Shown in pieces: positions 58,323 through 64,000 of a stretch of 64,000 bases of DNA; position 1 is the stretch's first letter; each line of letters starts with the position of its first letter. This DNA is from an uncultured Clostridium sp. (GTDB lineage Bacteria; Bacillota; Clostridia; Clostridiales; Clostridiaceae). The notes below the pieces were generated by a model. The model saw only the letters and a list, made by a program, of their open reading frames with translations, did not search any database and had not been told where the DNA came from. The DNA is taken from positions 469 to 64,468 of the forward strand of contig CAZKOJ010000004.1 of the NCBI GenBank assembly GCA_964554365.1, in the 5' to 3' direction. The position numbers were made by a program, and so were the translations under genes.

Positions 58323-61300
58323 ATGTTAACAGAAGATATGCTATTACAAATATTCAATGAAGAAACTAGTGGTAAAAACTATTCTAAAGGGCAAAGAGTA
58401 CTTAATAATGACTTAGTTTCTTCTATAGATATTAATGATGAAGAGAATTTAATTTGTATAAATGGTAATGTAATTTCGGAAAATCTTTTTAATGAGTATA
58501 CTACAAAAATTGAGATGGAAGCAAAGAAAAAAACTATTTTTTCTACTTTCTGTAGTTGCATAGATTATGAAAAAAATGAGTTTAAAAAAAGGAATTATTG
58601 TTGCAAGCATTTAGTGGCAACTTTCTATAAGGCATTAGATAAGTTATCTAATCATCCTCTTTTAAGTGAGGAAAACCCTCATGGTGAAAGCATATTTAAA
58701 AGTAAAAATAGTGTGCTATCTATGCTTTTAGGAGATGAAAAAGGTAAAGATGAAATAAAAATAGAGGTGTATATAAATAAAAATCAGTGGAGCGATAGAC
58801 TAACAGCTGAATTTAAAATAGGGCTTAAATCTATGAGTTCTAGCAATCTTTATATTTTAAAGGATATTAATCAGTTTTTAGTATCCTATTATAATAATGT
58901 TCCTGTAAATTATAGCAAAAACTTTATTTTTCATATGAAAAATCAAAGACTAAGCACAAAGGATAAAAGGCTTATTGATTTTATCCAAAACTTAAAAATC
59001 ATAGAAGGAAACTACAAACACATTAATAGAAATGAAGATAAAGTTGTAGACGGGAAATATATAAATATTCCTAAATATTTAATTAGGGAATTTTTTGAAC
59101 TTATAAGAAAGCATAGAGCTTATTTAAATGAAGGATTTTTCTACAGACCTGTGGAAACGGAAATTTTATATGAGGCTCCAGCTGTAGATTTTGATTTAAA
59201 GCTTATAAAGGATGAGTATGTACTTAAATCAACAGAGGGAATGCCTATGAGTTTAAGCTCAAAGAATGATATTTTCTTATATGGAAGCACTATATACCTT
59301 CCAGATTATGATTTTTGTTATAGCATAAGTCCATACCTTCAAATATTTAATGAGGCAAAGGTTGTAATCATAGCAGGATCAGAAGAAGAAACTGTATTAA
59401 GAAGGCTAATTCCAGAACTTAATCGGTTATCACCTAATGTTACTTTATCTAAGTCTATAAAAAATAAGATAGTAATGGATGAATGTAAATTTAATTTCTA
59501 TTTTGATAAGGAAGAGAAAGATATTACACTAACGGTGAAGGTTAAGTATGGAGCCTTTGAGTTTAATATTTTTGAGGATTGTAAAGAAAAAATTATATAT
59601 AGGGAATCTAAAAAGGAAGACCAGGTTATTACAGATTTAAGAACCTTAGGTTTTGAAGAAATAAAGGGTAAGTTTTATCTTATAATGGGAGATGACTATA
59701 TATTTAGATTCTTTAAAAGTGAGGTAGGGAAGCTTCAAGAAATGGGTGAAGTATATTACTCCGAAAATTTTAAAGGCTTAAAGTCTATTGGAATTAAAGG
59801 TGTTAAGGGAGATATTAAGTCAGGTAAATATGATTACTTTGAAATGGATTTTAAAATAGGAGACATTGATCCACAGGAAACTGCTCATATATTAAGAGCC
59901 TTTAGAGATAACCTTAAATATTATAAATTAAAAAATGGAGAGTATCTTGATTTAGAGGAATTAGAGCTTAATAAGTTTTTAAAACTTCTAGATGTAGTTA
60001 CCTCTAAGGATATACATGAGAATCATATACAAATACCTAAAAATAAAGGTGTTTTTCTCCATAATTATTTAGAAGAAAATGGTATTAGATATATAAAAGG
60101 AAAAACAGAATTAAAAGAAATAAGAGATAAGTTTAAGAATATAAAAAAGCTGAAGTTTAAATTACCAGTTGAGTTAAATGGCACATTAAGAGAGTATCAA
60201 AAGGTAGGATATAACTGGTTTAAAACCTTAGATTATTTAGGATTTGGTGGAATCTTAGGAGATGAAATGGGTCTCGGTAAAACTATTCAAACTATTACTT
60301 TTATATTATCTAATAAGGGAAGTAAATCCTTAATTATAGCGCCTACATCATTAATATATAACTGGATAAGCGAATTTGAAAAGTTTGCACCGGCTATAAA
60401 AGTGGCTGCTGCTAACGGATTAAAAGAAGAGAGAGAACAGATAATTAAAAATATACAAAATTACGATGTTATTATAACAACATATAATTTGTTAAAAAGG
60501 GATTTAGAAATCTATAATCAGGTAGAGTTTGATTATTGCATATTAGATGAAGCGCAATATATAAAAAATTCAAACTCTCAAAATGCAATGGCCGTGAAGG
60601 AGATAAAGACAAAAAGAAAATTTGCACTATCAGGTACACCCATAGAAAACTCTCTTATGGAGCTGTGGTCTATATTTGATTTTATAATGCCAGAATACCT
60701 ATATGATGAAAAGAGATTTAGTGTAAGATATCACAAAAAACTTAAGGAAAGTCCAGAGGTGTTGGAGGAGTTAAATAAACTTATAAAACCTTTTATTCTT
60801 AGGAGAAGAAAAAAAGATGTTATAAAGGAGCTGCCAGATAAGATAGAAAAAACACTAATGGTAAATTTAGATGATGAACAAAAGAAAGTGTATGGAACCT
60901 ATGCAAATTATGCAATGGAACTTATCCAAAAAAAGGTAAAAAATGATGAGTTTAAAAATAGTAAAATAGAAATACTTTCTTATATAACAAAGTTAAGACA
61001 ATTATGCTTAGATCCTACCGTATTAATCAGTGATTATAGTGGACCCGTTGGAAAAATAGAAGTTTTAAGGGAAATTCTTCATAAGAGTATAGAACAGGGT
61101 CATAGAATATTAGTTTTTTCACAATTCACATCTGTTCTTAAAAACATTGGAAAAAAAATTAGAGAAGATGGAATATCCTTTAGTTACCTAGATGGTTCCA
61201 TACCTTCAGAAAAAAGAATGAACATGGTAAAAGCCTTTAATGAAGGGGAAAATTCAGTGTTTTTAATAAGCTTAAAGGCTGGAGGAACAGGACTTAATCT

Positions 61301-61568
61301 AACTTCTGCAGATGTAGTAATTCACTTTGATCCTTGGTGGAACCCAGCAGTTGAAGAGCAGGCAACAGACAGAGCCCATAGAATAGGGCAAAAAAATGTA
61401 GTAGAAGTTATAAAAATCATAGCTAAGGGCACTATTGAGGAGAAAATTCTCTTACTTCAAGAACAGAAGAAGAAGCTTATAGCACAGCTTATGGGAGATG
61501 AACTATGTAGTGGTGAAAACTTTGCAGCTTTAACTGATGAAGAGATACTGGGGTTGTTTGAAATGTAA
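58323..61568 (+). CDS. SNF2/SWI2 family helicase with N-terminal SWIM zinc finger
   Basis: CSC...CKHLVA SWIM; LREYQ, GDEMGLGKT, LDEAQYIKN, SGTPIEN, SLKAGGTGLNL, QATDRAHRIGQ. Confidence 0.93.
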   Translation: MLTEDMLLQIFNEETSGKNYSKGQRVLNNDLVSSIDINDEENLICINGNVISENLFNEYTTKIEMEAKKKTIFSTFCSCIDYEKNEFKKRNYCCKHLVATFYKALDKLSNHPLLSEENPHGESIFKSKNSVLSMLLGDEKGKDEIKIEVYINKNQWSDRLTAEFKIGLKSMSSSNLYILKDINQFLVSYYNNVPVNYSKNFIFHMKNQRLSTKDKRLIDFIQNLKIIEGNYKHINRNEDKVVDGKYINIPKYLIREFFELIRKHRAYLNEGFFYRPVETEILYEAPAVDFDLKLIKDEYVLKSTEGMPMSLSSKNDIFLYGSTIYLPDYDFCYSISPYLQIFNEAKVVIIAGSEEETVLRRLIPELNRLSPNVTLSKSIKNKIVMDECKFNFYFDKEEKDITLTVKVKYGAFEFNIFEDCKEKIIYRESKKEDQVITDLRTLGFEEIKGKFYLIMGDDYIFRFFKSEVGKLQEMGEVYYSENFKGLKSIGIKGVKGDIKSGKYDYFEMDFKIGDIDPQETAHILRAFRDNLKYYKLKNGEYLDLEELELNKFLKLLDVVTSKDIHENHIQIPKNKGVFLHNYLEENGIRYIKGKTELKEIRDKFKNIKKLKFKLPVELNGTLREYQKVGYNWFKTLDYLGFGGILGDEMGLGKTIQTITFILSNKGSKSLIIAPTSLIYNWISEFEKFAPAIKVAAANGLKEEREQIIKNIQNYDVIITTYNLLKRDLEIYNQVEFDYCILDEAQYIKNSNSQNAMAVKEIKTKRKFALSGTPIENSLMELWSIFDFIMPEYLYDEKRFSVRYHKKLKESPEVLEELNKLIKPFILRRRKKDVIKELPDKIEKTLMVNLDDEQKKVYGTYANYAMELIQKKVKNDEFKNSKIEILSYITKLRQLCLDPTVLISDYSGPVGKIEVLREILHKSIEQGHRILVFSQFTSVLKNIGKKIREDGISFSYLDGSIPSEKRMNMVKAFNEGENSVFLISLKAGGTGLNLTSADVVIHFDPWWNPAVEEQATDRAHRIGQKNVVEVIKIIAKGTIEEKILLLQEQKKKLIAQLMGDELCSGENFAALTDEEILGLFEM

Positions 61569-61632
61569 GGGGTTGGAGTATAGATAGTAAATACTAATAT
61601 AATTAAAGCTTTATTTAAGCAATAGATAGGAC

Positions 61633-61668
61633 GTGTGTTAAGTTATGGAAACATTAGCTTAACACACT
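61633..61668. terminator. Hairpin between convergent genes
   Basis: GTGTGTTAAGTTA / TAGCTTAACACAC. Confidence 0.6.
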
Positions 61669-61706
61669 AATAATTTTAATAGAAATTTATCTGATTTTGT
61701 GAATGT

Positions 61707-62891
61707 TTACATTTCATCAAAATTTAGTTTGACAGTAACAAAGATAAAGAGAACAATTCCAAAAGTAAGAACAGCCCAAAGGGTTTTATAACTTACTTGA
61801 GAAAGCAGCCAGCCGCTAAAAGCAGTGCCTAATCCACCACCACTAAAAAGACATAAACCAATTAACCCTGAAGGGAGTCCTTTAGTTTCACTTGCTACAT
61901 CAAAAGCTATGGTTGCTAGTGTGGATTGAATAAAAATATACCCAAAGCCTAAACTAATTGTTGATATCCATACAGCTTGCCAACATGAAAAAATAATTAA
62001 GAGAAAAGATGCACAGAAGGCTAAACATCCACCTAGTATAATTGTTATTTTCTGTCCAAATTTTTGCCCTAGCTTGCCAACTTGAGAACCAGCAAGCAGA
62101 CATGCAAAACCATAAAACATTATTACAAGTCCAACCTGTAAATAATCTAAACCTGCAACCTCATGTAGAAAAGCACCCAAGAAACTGTATAAACCAAGTA
62201 ATAAAAAACCTGATGATAGAGCCAATGGGAAGATTATTCTTCCTTTATGTGTCAATACTACTCGTTTAACTTCAGATAAAAATTTATGGTGTACAGGAAT
62301 TGGTGAGTCATTTGGGAGCTTATGCAAAAAAAACACTGTACATAATGCTGTTCCAGTTAAAAAAATAAACGCTGCACGCCAGCTAAAATATTTAGTCAAT
62401 GCCCCACCTAGTCCAGAACTCAAACCCTGACCAAGAAAAACAATGCCCATAAATTTTCCTACATACATTTGACGTTCAGAAGTTGGAATGGTATCACCAA
62501 TTAAAGCTAGTGATACTGCAATAATTCCAGCAGCAAAAAAGCCTGTAATTGCTCGCCAAATTAATAGTATCTTAAGAGAACTAGAAAGTGCACAACCAGC
62601 AGTACCTAAAGCAAGTCCACATACAATCCATTGAAGTATTCTGGCTTTACTCCAACGGTCACTTAAAAAACCATATATAGGTTGCATCATTCCATAAGGT
62701 ATCATATATGCCGTTAATATAGTCCCTGCTTTCGAAATTGGTACACTGAATCCAGCTGCAATAGAGGGAAGGGAAGGCGAAATAAACCAGTTATCAGCAG
62801 CAGAAACAAAACCTGCAAGACCTAAAATTAAAATCAAAGTAGTATATTTTAAAGTAACTTTATTTCTGTTTTTAGTATGCAAATGCTCCAT
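61707..62891 (-). CDS. MFS transporter (drug:H+ antiporter-like)
   Basis: GFLSDRWSK motif A, WRAITG, SWRAAF; about 12 TM. Confidence 0.88.
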   Translation of the reverse strand: MEHLHTKNRNKVTLKYTTLILILGLAGFVSAADNWFISPSLPSIAAGFSVPISKAGTILTAYMIPYGMMQPIYGFLSDRWSKARILQWIVCGLALGTAGCALSSSLKILLIWRAITGFFAAGIIAVSLALIGDTIPTSERQMYVGKFMGIVFLGQGLSSGLGGALTKYFSWRAAFIFLTGTALCTVFFLHKLPNDSPIPVHHKFLSEVKRVVLTHKGRIIFPLALSSGFLLLGLYSFLGAFLHEVAGLDYLQVGLVIMFYGFACLLAGSQVGKLGQKFGQKITIILGGCLAFCASFLLIIFSCWQAVWISTISLGFGYIFIQSTLATIAFDVASETKGLPSGLIGLCLFSGGGLGTAFSGWLLSQVSYKTLWAVLTFGIVLFIFVTVKLNFDEM

Positions 62892-63069
62892 ATTGAATAC
62901 TCCTTTTTAAAAAATTTACAAAATTAATATTGATTAATTTTGTAGGTAATTATAAGCTTTGTGTATATAATATTTTTGTAGTACAGTTAAAGTATAAAAA
63001 TATTATGTATTTTAAGCAATAACAGAAATTTTAATGTGGGCTAGTACAGATATGTAGGGAAAAGGTGTT

Positions 63070-64000
63070 ATGATGAAATATGAAACTATTTTAAGCTATA
63101 TAAAAAGTGAAATATCAATAAGAAGCATTAAACCAGGTGAAAAGTTACCATCAATAAGAGATATTTGCAAAAAATTTCAATGTAGCAAAATAACCGTTGT
63201 TAAGGTATATGATTTATTAGAAAAGGAGCATATAGTGTACTCAATACCCAAAAGTGGGCACTATCTTATTGAAAACAATTTAAATTCAAATAATAACATC
63301 TTAAATAAAAATATAGATTTTTCTACTTCTGCACCTGATGGACGTATTTTACCCTATGAAGAATTTCAACATTGTTTAAATCAAGCAATGGAATTGTACA
63401 AGGAAAAGTATCTTTCACATACTAATACACAAGGACTTGAAAATTTAATCAATGTGGTAGCAAAACAACTTCAAGATTATCAAGTGTTTACTAATAAACA
63501 AAGTATTTTCATAACCTCAGGTTCACAACAAGCTATCAATATATTAACAATGATGCATTTCCCAAATGGTAAAGAAAATGTACTTATAGAACAACCTACA
63601 TATTATGGAATTATTAAATCCCTAGAGCTTAATAATATAAATACTATTAGTATCAAAAGAAATTATAATGGAATAAACTTTAATGAACTTGAAAGGATAT
63701 TCAAGGACTGCAATATTAAATTTTTCTATATTATTCCAAGGTTTCACAACCCTACAGGTTTTTCATATTCCAATAATGATAAGAGACAAATATTAAAGTT
63801 AGCTGAAAGGTATAATGTTTATATAGTTGAGGATGACTATCTTGCTGATTTAGAAGTTAACAAAAAATCAGATCCAATATATTCTTTAGATTCTTCAGCT
63901 AGGGTAATATATTTAAAAAGCTATTCAAAGATAGTATTGCCAGGATTAAGAGTTTCGGCAGTTGTGATTCCAAGATTGTTATCAAAAACTTTTGAAAAGT
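63070..64000 (+). CDS. MocR/GabR family regulator (GntR wHTH plus PLP aminotransferase-like domain), runs off the window end; absent from the ORF track
   Basis: Manual translation: MMKYETI...PGEKLPSIR...ITSGSQQA...IEQPTY...PRFHNPTG...IVEDDY...YLKSYSK..LPGLR. Confidence 0.88.
   Translation, partial: MMKYETILSYIKSEISIRSIKPGEKLPSIRDICKKFQCSKITVVKVYDLLEKEHIVYSIPKSGHYLIENNLNSNNNILNKNIDFSTSAPDGRILPYEEFQHCLNQAMELYKEKYLSHTNTQGLENLINVVAKQLQDYQVFTNKQSIFITSGSQQAINILTMMHFPNGKENVLIEQPTYYGIIKSLELNNINTISIKRNYNGINFNELERIFKDCNIKFFYIIPRFHNPTGFSYSNNDKRQILKLAERYNVYIVEDDYLADLEVNKKSDPIYSLDSSARVIYLKSYSKIVLPGLRVSAVVIPRLLSKTFEK

Noticed and set aside
58323-61568. SNF2 helicase as an anti-phage defence system
   Set aside because: SWIM-SNF2 proteins are common stand-alone genes in Firmicutes, and no nuclease, methylase or other defence gene is adjacent.

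Overview
A 64-kb stretch of very AT-rich chromosome from an anaerobic, motile Clostridium sensu stricto-type bacterium (host inferred from protein families, Firmicutes RBS/promoter signals and chemoreceptors). It holds about 48 genes; I saw no rRNA, tRNA, CRISPR array or intact transposase. Main content: (1) An HDCR-like cluster (hydrogen-dependent CO2 reductase / soluble formate:H2 lyase): a selenocysteine FdhF that the ORF track splits at an in-frame UGA followed by a SECIS hairpin, then mobB, fdhD, hycB, [FeFe]-hydrogenase hydA, hycB and moaA. A yedE-tusA-DUF3343 selenium-associated operon lies about 9 kb downstream. (2) A glycyl radical enzyme of the arylacetate decarboxylase clade, closest to skatole-forming indoleacetate decarboxylase, with its activase, directly behind a dCache chemoreceptor gene. 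(3) A BirA-controlled bioY-thiolase-acyl-CoA ligase operon. (4) Two BlaI/M56 modules whose sensor domains are not penicillin-binding domains. (5) A Tat-less reductive-dehalogenase/QueG-like gene behind a probable leader-peptide attenuator that recurs 1.7 kb downstream. (6) At least four copies of a highly structured dispersed repeat with covarying stems. Also present: an htpG pseudogene, an unannotated 40-aa secreted peptide ORF and several readable operators (BirA, AraC, YtrA, ArgR, MerR, BlaI, ECF). All family assignments come from motif recognition and recalled reference sequences, not from database searches.
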